A DNA stretch of 64,000 nt, from the IMG/VR virus record IMGVR_UViG_2751185783_000001, positions 32,001 through 96,000 of that record. One strand, given 5' to 3'. The position numbers and the translations under genes are program-made. Below the pieces are notes generated by a model that saw nothing but the letters and a program-made list of their open reading frames with translations, had not been told where the DNA came from and did not search any database. Below, in pieces: positions 36,987 through 45,644 of this stretch. How positions within the stretch are numbered: the stretch's first letter is position 1; the number at the start of each line of letters is the position of its first letter. The DNA is from a virus (taxonomy: Duplodnaviria; Caudoviricetes).

Positions 36987-37086
36987 GAAGATCCTTTCCG
37001 GGGCGCTGCGCCCTGAAGCGAGGCATGACGAAGACCGCCGTGGCGTCACGCCAGGCGGTGAGGAGAAGTGCGAGAAAGGGGCGCGG

Positions 37087-37500
37087 TCAGGTCGCGCGCA
37101 GGAACAGATCCGCTGACACCACGTAGCGGGGGACCGGGCCGTCCGGCGACCAGAACGGGGCCGTCACGTTGTCCGCCACCAGCACCGCCCCCGCGCCGGC
37201 CCGGCCGTCGAGGGCTTCGAGTTCGTTGGCGACCGCCGTCGCGGCGAGTGATGCGGCTTCACGGGTGCGGGCGTAGACGAGCCACGACAGCAGTGCCCTC
37301 ATGTCGGGGTTCTCCGCCGACAACGCGGCCGAGCCGCCGACGAGCTGGATTTCCGCCCACGGCTGGTTGTCGCCCCGTAGCTGTCCTCGAATCGCGCCTT
37401 TGGCGAGCGGGTTGCCCGGCCCGACGAGGGTGGAGGTGAGGGAGTTCGTCCAGTCCCGGGCGACTTGTTCGGCGTCGGCGAACACCGGCAACGGGATCAC
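37087..37500 (-). CDS. Tail terminator-like protein
   Basis: FADAEQ...PFWSPDGPVPRYV; position. Confidence 0.65.
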   Translation of the reverse strand: MIPLPVFADAEQVARDWTNSLTSTLVGPGNPLAKGAIRGQLRGDNQPWAEIQLVGGSAALSAENPDMRALLSWLVYARTREAASLAATAVANELEALDGRAGAGAVLVADNVTAPFWSPDGPVPRYVVSADLFLRAT

Positions 37501-37926
37501 CTACCTGTCCCGGGCGGCCTCGATGCTGGGGCGGATGAACGGTTGAGCTTCGGTGCCGGGGTGCTGGACTTCTCGGCCGAAGACGCGCCCGTCGGCGGCG
37601 CGCAGCGGGTAGTCGCCCTTCGGCCGGATGACGTGCGGTGCCGTACCGAACTCGACGTCCACCGGGTAGGGATGCCCATCGGGGGTTTCCGCGGTCGGCC
37701 CGACGTCGGCGTAGATCCCTTCGGCGTCACGGCCGTTTCGGACGGTGATGCTGTCGCGCATGTACCCGGGCTCCCGGCCGTGGGAGCCGTCCGCCGACAC
37801 CGGTGCGAGGCGTTCCTGTTCGGCCTCGACCCGGGCAGCCCGGGCCGCGAGGTCCTCCCCGACCGGGCCGCGCGCCGACCGCAGCAGCCGGTCCTCTTCG
37901 CGCCGGTTCCAGCGGATGCGGGCCAT
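37501..37926 (-). CDS. HK97 gp10-like neck protein
   Basis: VEFGTAPHVIRPK...VQHPGTEAQPFIRP. Confidence 0.8.
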   Translation of the reverse strand: MARIRWNRREEDRLLRSARGPVGEDLAARAARVEAEQERLAPVSADGSHGREPGYMRDSITVRNGRDAEGIYADVGPTAETPDGHPYPVDVEFGTAPHVIRPKGDYPLRAADGRVFGREVQHPGTEAQPFIRPSIEAARDR

Positions 37927-38429
37927 CAGAGGTTGTCGTAGTCGAAGTCCTGGAGCTGGGCGACGGTCGAGTCCTTCGCAGTCTGCTCATTCATGCCGCG
38001 GGCGATCGCGTACTTCACCCATTCCGGCTTCTTCGCGTCCTGGGTCGGCGGCTCCGGCGTGTTGGCCTGCTCCGCTGCCTGTTCGGCGACCGCGTCGGGC
38101 AGCGGCTCGTCGACGACCTGTACACCCTCGACTACGGTCGGGTCCACGTCGAAGACCGGCTGGCGGTCGGCCATCTGGTCGCGGGTCATGTCGTCGATCT
38201 CCGCCTGGTCGAGGCCCTGACCGAGCCAGTACGCCTCCCACTCGTGGCGGCGGGCGTTACCTGCTGGCCGGGGGATGACGTTGACGTTGGCGGGCAGGAC
38301 CTCGCGGCCTACGACGAGGCCGAGGTTCTGCACGGCGTCGGCGGTGACGTCGTCGCCGGGGTTGTAGGCGCGGACCCCGTTCGGGCCCTGGATGGCGGTG
38401 ACGGCGGTGTATTCGGCGTTCGGTCGCAT
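37926..38429 (-). CDS. Hypothetical head-tail region protein
   Basis: Coupled ORF; repeated PxxxAxxxEW motif. Confidence 0.6.
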   Translation of the reverse strand: MRPNAEYTAVTAIQGPNGVRAYNPGDDVTADAVQNLGLVVGREVLPANVNVIPRPAGNARRHEWEAYWLGQGLDQAEIDDMTRDQMADRQPVFDVDPTVVEGVQVVDEPLPDAVAEQAAEQANTPEPPTQDAKKPEWVKYAIARGMNEQTAKDSTVAQLQDFDYDNL

Positions 38430-38431
38430 GA

Positions 38432-38767
38432 TCAGGCCCCAATCACCCAGTATTTGATCTCGGTGGCGGTTCCGTCGATGGTCAGACCGACCCTGCCGTT
38501 GGCATCTCCGTAGTTAGCCGGCACCCGCACCAGCTGGTATGTGCTCGCCGCGATCGCATAGCGGCGCTTACCTGGCGTTGCCGCGCTGCCCACCGGCAGG
38601 CCGTCGAAGAGGTAGCCGATCGCCAGGTCCACGTTGTGAACTCCGGCGCCGGAGTTGAACACCAGCAGGGTGCATCCGGCAGGAACCGTGTCGGCGGACG
38701 CGGTTCCGTTGCGCTGGACGATGGCGACGCCCGCGCTGCTGGGGGCGTCGGCGGCGTAGTCAGCCAC
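38432..38767 (-). CDS. Small structural protein
   Basis: Beta-rich, 111 aa; AAGGAG RBS. Confidence 0.6.
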   Translation of the reverse strand: MADYAADAPSSAGVAIVQRNGTASADTVPAGCTLLVFNSGAGVHNVDLAIGYLFDGLPVGSAATPGKRRYAIAASTYQLVRVPANYGDANGRVGLTIDGTATEIKYWVIGA

Positions 38768-38782
38768 GGATTCTCCTTCGGG

Positions 38783-39541
38783 TTAGTAGAGGTAGCGGTC
38801 GCCCCACGGCACCGCGGCGGGGAACGAATAAATCGGGAGAACCTCGAAGGATCCGTCGGCGTCGCCGTCCTCGAGGTCACGGATCGCGGCTTGGAGCCGG
38901 TCGAGGTCTTTGTCCGCGCGCGCCTCGAGGGCGGCGGCGGTGGCGAGGCTGTCTTGACCGGTGCGGTCGTCGCCGTACGCGCGCAGGATCATCGCCGCGG
39001 CCCGGCGGGCGGCGATCGCCGACGCGAGGGGGTGCAGGCTGTCGGGGACCGTTCCGGCGAGGGCTTGGACTTCGGCGACCGCATCGTTGATGTGGCGCTG
39101 GGCGACGTCGCCGGTCGGGTTGGTGCGTTGATCGAACGTGCCCAATTCGATCGCGCTGCCGGGTGTGGTCTGGTCGACGGTCAGCCGCGGCACATAGGCG
39201 GCGACCCGGGACAGGCCTGGCGACCAGGTTGGGCCTCCCGCTGCCGGGGGTGCGGTGACCCACACCTCGACGTCTTCGGTGCCCTCACCGGTGCCGGTGG
39301 TCTGCCAGTGCAGGACGGTCCGGCCGGGCAGCGGGTAGACGATCGGGTCGACGGCCTGCCAGCGCTGCGTGTACTCGGCCGGGCTGGAGCCGGGAACCTG
39401 CACGAGTGGGCCCGCGGCGACCGGCACCGGCACGGCTGGGGCGCCGGGGAACACGGCGGTCAGCGTGACCACGGTGTCGATCGCGGCCGGGGCGACGACG
39501 ATCCACGGCTGGTCGGCGTCACCGACACCAAGATCCGACAT
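38783..39541 (-). CDS. Head-tail adaptor with N-terminal Ig-like domain
   Basis: GTFDQRTNPT...AIAARRAAAMI...YSFP; ATG at 39541. Confidence 0.6.
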   Translation of the reverse strand: MSDLGVGDADQPWIVVAPAAIDTVVTLTAVFPGAPAVPVPVAAGPLVQVPGSSPAEYTQRWQAVDPIVYPLPGRTVLHWQTTGTGEGTEDVEVWVTAPPAAGGPTWSPGLSRVAAYVPRLTVDQTTPGSAIELGTFDQRTNPTGDVAQRHINDAVAEVQALAGTVPDSLHPLASAIAARRAAAMILRAYGDDRTGQDSLATAAALEARADKDLDRLQAAIRDLEDGDADGSFEVLPIYSFPAAVPWGDRYLY

Positions 39542-41655
39542 CACACCCCCGTTCCGAGGCCGCGGCTGCTGCCGGTCGTGTACGTGGGCCGGACGGCACC
39601 GGTAGTGAAGGCGCCCGGGCGGCGGGGCAGGATCGGGGTGTCGTTGCCGAACCCGGTCAGGGCGGGCAGGCTCGCGGCGAGGGCACCGGTAGCGGTCGCG
39701 GATCCTGTCGCGGCGCCGGCGAGCGCGGGTAGGACGGCGGCGGCCTGCCCGGGTGTGGTGAGTGCTGCGGCGATCGTGGCGGTGAGCTGCGGTAGCCCCG
39801 CCGACAGGATGGCGGCGACGGTGACGGTTCCGGCGGCGGAACCTGTGACGGTGGGCAGGACGGTCGTGCCGACGCCCGCGGTGGTGGCCGTGCCTGAGGC
39901 GGCGGCTTGGACGGCGGGTAGTGCCGGGGCAGCTGTTCCGGCGGCCCGCGCAGAACCCGCCCCGGAGGCGGCGAGGGCCGGGAGTAGTGCCGCAGCGGCG
40001 CCGGACGTGCTTGCGGATCCGGCCCCGGCCCCGGTGAGGGCGGGCAGCGACGCGCCGATCTGCCCTGATGCCCCACCGCCGGTGGCGGCGCCGCGGAAGG
40101 CAGCGGCGAGCAGATACCGGTCGTAGGCGGGCCCGGTCCACGACACCGACGGCGTTTCAGCGGCAGGCCCGGCCGGGGTTTTCGCGGCGACGGCACCGTA
40201 CGCGCCGGTCGTGCCGCTGCCGGACGACCCGGATGTCAGCCCGGTGTACCCGGACGACCAGGCGGGTGCGGCCGGGGCGGTAGTGAAGTTGTGGACGGCG
40301 GCGAACGCGATCACCAGGTCGTTGCCGTCGACCAGCGCACCGGTGGACGGGGCGGGGCTGGCGCTCGCGGCGAGGAACGGGGCCTGTTCGGCGACGCTCA
40401 CGTCCAGGCCTGCGGTGTTCGCCACCCGCACCCACAAGGCGGACGTGTTGGAGGCGACCCCGCCACCCAAGTCGATGGTGGCGGTGCCGGTGCCGCCAGC
40501 ACGGGTGTACAGGTAGGCGCCCTGGAAACCGACGGACGAGACGACCAGGTCCCAGCCGGGCACGCTCACGGTGTTGTCGGAGTTGATGGCCAGGACATCC
40601 AGCACGCCGGGGCCGGTGGTGCCGCCGCCCGTGTACGTGACCACAGTGCCTGAGGTCGTGAACGCGAACGCCTGCGGTGTGCCGGTGACGGTCGGCGCCA
40701 CTGGTGTTCCGGTTACGTTGCCCGCTGCTTGGCCGGCCAGCGGGGGCAGGGCGGGGGTGCCTGTTGCTGACGCCCGCCCGGCACCGGTGGCCGTGCCGGT
40801 GAGTGTGGGCAGTGCGGCAGCCGAGGTTCCCGTGGCCCGGCTCGTGCCGGTCCCGGCCGCGGTGAGTGCCGGCAGGGTGGGCCCGGCTGTTCCGGAGTTC
40901 CGCACCGTTCCGGCCGCCGCGCCGGTGACCGCGGGAAGGACCGGGGTGGCCGTGCCCGTGCTGCGTGCCGTTCCGGATCCGGCCGCGGTCAGGGCGGGCA
41001 GCGCCGGGGTTGCGGTGCCGGAAGCCTGCGCCGAACCGGTCCCTGCACCGGTCACGGCGGGCAGTGACACCGCGGCGGTACCGGTGGCACTCGGCACCGT
41101 GTTGACGTTGTCGGCCTCGGCGACGTTCGCCGTGCCGCTGTCGCGGTGCGCCTCGACGTTCAGACTGAGGTCTGCCGCGGCGGCCAGCCACGCCGGGGTG
41201 GTGAGCGTCCGCAGCGTCGTCCACGCCGACGCGTCCGGGCTCGTCTCGAACAGGGTGTTGCCGCCGGAGACCCGGATCCGCACCCACCGGTGGGAGGTCG
41301 CGCTGTACGCGACCGTTGACGGTGCCGGATCGTAGTAACCCGACCTGCTCTTGGCCTGGATATTGCCGGTGACCGTGTCGATGTGGATGCTGACGTCGGT
41401 GCCGCCGGGCTGACCCGGCGAGTAGAGCAGCACATCGACGTAGCACTCAGTCGCGCCGTTCGCCGCGGGCGCCCACACCTGGAGGTACACGCTGTCGAGG
41501 GTGTGGACGTACCCGGACTGGAGGGCGGCGTAGCCGGTACCGCACGGAATCTGGACCCGGCCGCCGCTTTCGGTGATGCCGCCGTACGAATTCGGCCACT
41601 TCGACGACAGGGTCCCGTCGTCGAAGTCGTCGACGAGGGTGGAGGTGGCGGGCAT
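39541..41655 (-). CDS. Large A/G/T-rich virion protein with ~21-aa repeats (head-fibre candidate)
   Basis: N-terminal lectin-like domain (LVDDFDDG...WVRIR); two blocks of LPA(L/V)TxxxxG repeats. Confidence 0.6.
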   Translation of the reverse strand: MPATSTLVDDFDDGTLSSKWPNSYGGITESGGRVQIPCGTGYAALQSGYVHTLDSVYLQVWAPAANGATECYVDVLLYSPGQPGGTDVSIHIDTVTGNIQAKSRSGYYDPAPSTVAYSATSHRWVRIRVSGGNTLFETSPDASAWTTLRTLTTPAWLAAAADLSLNVEAHRDSGTANVAEADNVNTVPSATGTAAVSLPAVTGAGTGSAQASGTATPALPALTAAGSGTARSTGTATPVLPAVTGAAAGTVRNSGTAGPTLPALTAAGTGTSRATGTSAAALPTLTGTATGAGRASATGTPALPPLAGQAAGNVTGTPVAPTVTGTPQAFAFTTSGTVVTYTGGGTTGPGVLDVLAINSDNTVSVPGWDLVVSSVGFQGAYLYTRAGGTGTATIDLGGGVASNTSALWVRVANTAGLDVSVAEQAPFLAASASPAPSTGALVDGNDLVIAFAAVHNFTTAPAAPAWSSGYTGLTSGSSGSGTTGAYGAVAAKTPAGPAAETPSVSWTGPAYDRYLLAAAFRGAATGGGASGQIGASLPALTGAGAGSASTSGAAAALLPALAASGAGSARAAGTAAPALPAVQAAASGTATTAGVGTTVLPTVTGSAAGTVTVAAILSAGLPQLTATIAAALTTPGQAAAVLPALAGAATGSATATGALAASLPALTGFGNDTPILPRRPGAFTTGAVRPTYTTGSSRGLGTGV

Positions 41656-41681
41656 CCGCGCACCCCCTCACCCCGTGCCGG

Positions 41682-42113
41682 TCAGGCTGCGGGCATCGTC
41701 AGGGTCAGCGAGGTCACCGCGACGGTCAGGCCGATCGAGATGGTGGTGGTGTTCAGCTGAAGATCGCCGCCGCCGCCGGTGGCGGTGACCGACCCGTCGA
41801 CCATGCCCAGGCCGGTCGTGCCCGCTTCGGTGGAGTCGACGAGCCGCCACCACCCGGCGGTGCCCGCGGCGACACCGGTGCCGGACAGGGCCGGTGACTG
41901 CGCCGCGGTGATCACACCGGCGGAGGCGGCCCCGAAGCTGGGATCGTTGAGGGTGATCTCGGCCAGCAGGGTGCCCGACGCGGTAGTTCCCGGCCCGGCA
42001 GGCTGAGTACCGGTGTAGATGCGCAGCCTGCCCGCGGCGGGACCGCCGTCAACGAGGTCACGGACCGCCCCGGCAAGGGCGTTACGGGCGGCGGTGGAGA
42101 TTCGGATGGCCAT
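41682..42113 (-). CDS. Virion structural protein
   Basis: RLRIYTGTQP...GTAGWWRL...DGSV, a common prophage structural family. Confidence 0.65.
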   Translation of the reverse strand: MAIRISTAARNALAGAVRDLVDGGPAAGRLRIYTGTQPAGPGTTASGTLLAEITLNDPSFGAASAGVITAAQSPALSGTGVAAGTAGWWRLVDSTEAGTTGLGMVDGSVTATGGGGDLQLNTTTISIGLTVAVTSLTLTMPAA

Positions 42114-42157
42114 CGGTGCCGCCCTCCCAGACGGTCAACACGCAGTGGAAGTTGGGT

Positions 42158-42195
42158 CCTGCGGGGCCGGGCCCGTCCAAGCCCGGCCCCGCAGG
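42158..42195. terminator. Intergenic hairpin
   Basis: CCTGCGGGGCCGGGC / GCCCGGCCCCGCAGG, a perfect 15-bp stem after the post-capsid gene. Confidence 0.55.
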
Positions 42196-42199
42196 AAGA

Positions 42200-42742
42200 T
42201 CAGGACTGCTGCTTTGCCAGCTTGATCAGGTCGGCCTTGTCGGCGTCCTTGACCGCGTCGTAGTCCTGGCCGCGGCCCACCAGGTACTCCACCCACACGG
42301 CCTGACCGGCGCGCCCGTCCGGCTCCGCACCGCCGTCGGGCAGCTTCGCCCGCGCCGCGGCCCGCTTCTCGGCGAGTTCCTGATCGGCCTTCGACGGTTC
42401 GGTGGCCTTGTCGATCGCGCCCTGATCCGTCACCGTCTCCCGGATGCGGTCGGCGGCGCCGAGAGCCGGATCGGTGCGGGGCTCCTCCGGTTTGCCGCCG
42501 CGCAGCACGTCCACGGTCACCGCGTCGAGCCCTCGCGCCGGATCCTGCTGTACTGCGGCATTCGGTGCGATCGGCGTGGCGCCCATCTCGGCGATCAGCC
42601 CGTTGTCCAGCAGATGCTTCAGCCGGTCCGCCGACACGCCCGCGGGGACCGGCGCGCCCTTGTACAGCATCTGCATCGACCGGGTACCGCCCAGTTCCTG
42701 CACTTCGACGTGGGCGCATTCGCCCACCACCTGATATGTCAT
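42200..42742 (-). CDS. Hypothetical protein after major capsid
   Basis: ATG at 42742; C-terminal WVEYL...KADLI motif. Confidence 0.6.
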   Translation of the reverse strand: MTYQVVGECAHVEVQELGGTRSMQMLYKGAPVPAGVSADRLKHLLDNGLIAEMGATPIAPNAAVQQDPARGLDAVTVDVLRGGKPEEPRTDPALGAADRIRETVTDQGAIDKATEPSKADQELAEKRAAARAKLPDGGAEPDGRAGQAVWVEYLVGRGQDYDAVKDADKADLIKLAKQQS

Positions 42743-42743
42743 G

Positions 42744-43685
42744 TCAGGTGCCCGAGATCTGCCGGGCAGCGAGGGGGTCGGTGACGACCGGGACGGTGAG
42801 CCGGCGCGCCCACACGTTCCACGCGTCCCGGTTCTTGATCCGGTCGGTCTGGACCTGGATGCCGTTCTCCGCGGACGCGTAGCCGGGGTCGAGGTCCGTT
42901 TCGTCGGCGAGGCCGCCGAGGGCGTGGGAGTCGAGGACCCACACACTGTCGGTGCCGCCGGGCATGTTCGCCACCGGCGTCTTGATGACCTTCAGGTCGG
43001 CGATCGTCTCGATCGTCCCGCCGTAGATCGGGTTGTCGGTCGTCTCCCGCTTGCGGAGCTGGGCGACCTTGTCGTCGGACACCATGTACGCGTACTTGGT
43101 GTTCGTCATCAGGATCGTGTCGGCCTTGTAGCCCATCTCCTGGCCGTCGATCGCCGCCTTGGTCAGCTCGATGTCGCGCAGGATCGTGGCGGTGGCCAGG
43201 TTCGACCAGGCGGCGGTCGCGGTGATCGGGGTGGCGTTGACCGCCGACACGATCGCGGCGATGGTCAGCCGGTCGATCTTCTGGATGAGGGTGTTGATGA
43301 CGATCCGTAGCGCCCAGTCGATCGCGCTGCCCATCGGCACCGACCGCTTGATGCGCTCGTCGGTGAGTTCGGTGGCCTGGCCCCACTTCTTCACCTGCGC
43401 CAGCGCGGCCGTGCCGGACAGCGGCAGGGCCCGCGGGTACTCACTGCCGGGCGCGACGGCGGTGATGCTGCGGTTGGTGAAGAGGGGCTGGTCGTTGATC
43501 TCGTACGCGACCGCGCCGCCGCTCGACCGGTACTTGGCCAGCAGTAGCTGGTCCGCGACGAACTGGATGTCGGTCAGCTCCCGCAGACGGCGCGAGATGG
43601 CCGTCGGGCTGGCAAGCATCCGGTTGATCGTGAGGAGATCACCGGACAGGCTCGCCGGAGCGGGCGGATATGCCTGAAGCGGCAT
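42744..43685 (-). CDS. Major capsid protein
   Basis: 313 aa; VAPGSEYP, VKKWG, VPVVTDPLAA; follows protease and decoration genes. Confidence 0.85.
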   Translation of the reverse strand: MPLQAYPPAPASLSGDLLTINRMLASPTAISRRLRELTDIQFVADQLLLAKYRSSGGAVAYEINDQPLFTNRSITAVAPGSEYPRALPLSGTAALAQVKKWGQATELTDERIKRSVPMGSAIDWALRIVINTLIQKIDRLTIAAIVSAVNATPITATAAWSNLATATILRDIELTKAAIDGQEMGYKADTILMTNTKYAYMVSDDKVAQLRKRETTDNPIYGGTIETIADLKVIKTPVANMPGGTDSVWVLDSHALGGLADETDLDPGYASAENGIQVQTDRIKNRDAWNVWARRLTVPVVTDPLAARQISGT

Positions 43686-43792
43686 CGGGTCCTGCCTTTC
43701 GCCCTGCGTCTGGGCATGAAAAAGCCCCGCACGCAGGGCGCCGGGGTGAGGTCTGGTCCGAGGGGCTATTCAGTTGTGTGGGGCTGGAGCGG

Positions 43793-44182
43793 TCAGCACT
43801 CCATCCACGTCACCAGCGCCGTGTCCGCGGCAGTGGTGAGGGCGACGCCGAGGGCCGCGCGGGCATTGTTGATGTCCCCGGCGGTCGCACCCGACGCGGC
43901 AGCGAGCGAGGCGACGTTCCCGGACGCGGCGGCGTACACGTTGTCCCCGGCGGTGATCGCACCGGCGGCGGTGGTGATGTGGACCTGGCCGCGGCCGTGC
44001 ATCGGGCCTTCCGCGCCGGATGCGATGTCGCAGCCCGCCACTCCGATGACCTTCGACCCTGCGGTGGCGGTCGCGACGGTGCCGTTACCGGACACCATGA
44101 GCGTCTTGCCGCCGACGACGGCGCCGGAGGTGGTGACGGTGATGACGTCACCGGGCATGTACAGCGGGGCGTAGTCGGGCAT
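43793..44182 (-). CDS. Capsid decoration/cement protein (DUF2190-like)
   Basis: IGVAGCD...AAGAITAGD...LGVALT; ATG at 44182. Confidence 0.75.
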   Translation of the reverse strand: MPDYAPLYMPGDVITVTTSGAVVGGKTLMVSGNGTVATATAGSKVIGVAGCDIASGAEGPMHGRGQVHITTAAGAITAGDNVYAAASGNVASLAAASGATAGDINNARAALGVALTTAADTALVTWMEC

Positions 44183-45291
44183 CAGGCACCGGCCTTCTGC
44201 GCGCCGAACACGCGCTCGTAGTCGGCTTCGAACGCGGTGTCCGCGCCGGACGGCTCGGGGGCGCCGGTGACACCGGACGCCATGACCGGCACGGCGTAGC
44301 CGACGGCGATCCGGCCGAGGGTGCGGGTGGTGACGCCCGGCGCCTCGTCGTAGTCCGTCTCCCACTGCTCACGCTCGTGTGGCTTGAACTTGCCCTCACG
44401 CTGCGCGGTGTCGAGAACGGATGCTTTGACGGTCTTCGCGGTGTCGGCGTCCTGCGCGGCGATCCGCGCGGACATCGTCTCGACCTGAGAGGCGAGAACG
44501 GTCACCTCCTTGCGGAGCTCGTCCTTCTCCGCTTCGGCCTTCTCCGCCTTCTCGGTGGCCGCGGCACTCGCGGCGACCATTTCCGGTGTCGGCGCGGGTT
44601 CCGGAATAGGCTGGTCGGCCTTGGCCTTCAGCGCGTCGATCGCCGCGAGCGCGGCCGTCTCGTCGGCGTCAGCGTCGAGGCCGAGCCGCGAGCGCATCTC
44701 GTCGCTCAGGGACATCTTGTCCTCCAGGGTTGTGTTGGGGTCCGGCTCGGCGGCCGGTAAGGGTGTCGGCGCGGAGGCGTACACGACGGCGTGCACCCGC
44801 TCGCCGCAGTCGGGTGTGCCGGCGGTGGCGGCAACACCGAGCAGGCCGGGAAGGTCCTGCACGGATTTGAGGGTGGCGACGGCGGGCGGGGTGACACCGA
44901 GCAACGCGACCGCAGTCAGGGCGAACGGGTGTTCGTGGCCGAGCCCGCACCGGTACCGGTAGGCGCCCTCGATGCTGCGGTCGGGGTAGGCGGCGGCCTG
45001 CACCTGCGACAGCCAGGGCAGGGCCACCTGGTCGCCGATGAGGGCATGCCCGTCGTCGGACAGCCGCAGGTCTTCGAACCAGCCCAGGGCGGGTTCGCCG
45101 TCGCCGCCGTTGTTGAACCGCTCGTCGGTGTGCCCCAGCTTGAGCCGCGGCCGGCGGACGGCCGCGCATTGTTGGGCTTCGACGGCGGCGGCCAGGTCGG
45201 CGGGGGTGGGGGACCAGGCGCCGGTGGAAGCGCCCCAGGTGCCGGTGCGGATGAGTTCGATGCCGGTGCGGCGCGCAAGGCCGGTGGGCAC
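44182..45291 (-). CDS. Capsid maturation protease / scaffold (Mu I-like)
   Basis: ELIRTGTW, LKLGH, PALGW, YPDRSIE, LTAVALLGVTPPAV; coiled-coil C-terminus. Confidence 0.85.
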   Translation of the reverse strand: MPTGLARRTGIELIRTGTWGASTGAWSPTPADLAAAVEAQQCAAVRRPRLKLGHTDERFNNGGDGEPALGWFEDLRLSDDGHALIGDQVALPWLSQVQAAAYPDRSIEGAYRYRCGLGHEHPFALTAVALLGVTPPAVATLKSVQDLPGLLGVAATAGTPDCGERVHAVVYASAPTPLPAAEPDPNTTLEDKMSLSDEMRSRLGLDADADETAALAAIDALKAKADQPIPEPAPTPEMVAASAAATEKAEKAEAEKDELRKEVTVLASQVETMSARIAAQDADTAKTVKASVLDTAQREGKFKPHEREQWETDYDEAPGVTTRTLGRIAVGYAVPVMASGVTGAPEPSGADTAFEADYERVFGAQKAGA

Positions 45292-45327
45292 TGCCGCCTC
45301 CTTTCGGGGTCGGCGGTGCCGGGTGTG

Positions 45328-45465
45328 TTACTGGTCCGTAGTGACGCTCTTGCGGGTAGGGGATGCGGGACGGTACTGCCCGATCAGGTCTTGCAGTTGG
45401 GCGGAGAGGAGATCGTCCACGGAGGCCGGGGCCGCTGCGGCGGCGAGCATCTGCTGCCGGTTCAT
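45328..45465 (-). CDS. Microprotein
   Basis: ATGA-coupled; MNRQQMLAAA...; GGAG RBS. Confidence 0.35.
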   Translation of the reverse strand: MNRQQMLAAAAAPASVDDLLSAQLQDLIGQYRPASPTRKSVTTDQ

Positions 45466-45644
45466 CTCTGCTCTCCGCCGGTGCTGCCAGGGACCGGGCC
45501 AGCCGCCGGTTCGGCGAGGACCGGCGGCTGGTAGCCGCCGTCCATCCGGTCTACGAGTGAGCTGGCAGGTGGAACAGCGGTGACAGTGGCCGGCACCTCG
45601 TCGGTTGCCCACCTCTGGGCAAGGGAAGCCGGTTTCGCTTTCAT
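45462..45644 (-). CDS. Microprotein
   Basis: ATGA overlap with the ART gene stop; GAGG RBS. Confidence 0.4.
   Translation of the reverse strand: MKAKPASLAQRWATDEVPATVTAVPPASSLVDRMDGGYQPPVLAEPAAGPVPGSTGGEQR

Noticed and set aside
33594-37016. 1140-aa plus-strand ORF
   Set aside because: Antisense shadow of tape measure, chaperone and major tail genes.
43719-43770. GC stem with T-run between decoration and capsid genes as an ncRNA
   Set aside because: Short stem and long loop; a common phage intergenic attenuator-like feature with no support for a distinct RNA.
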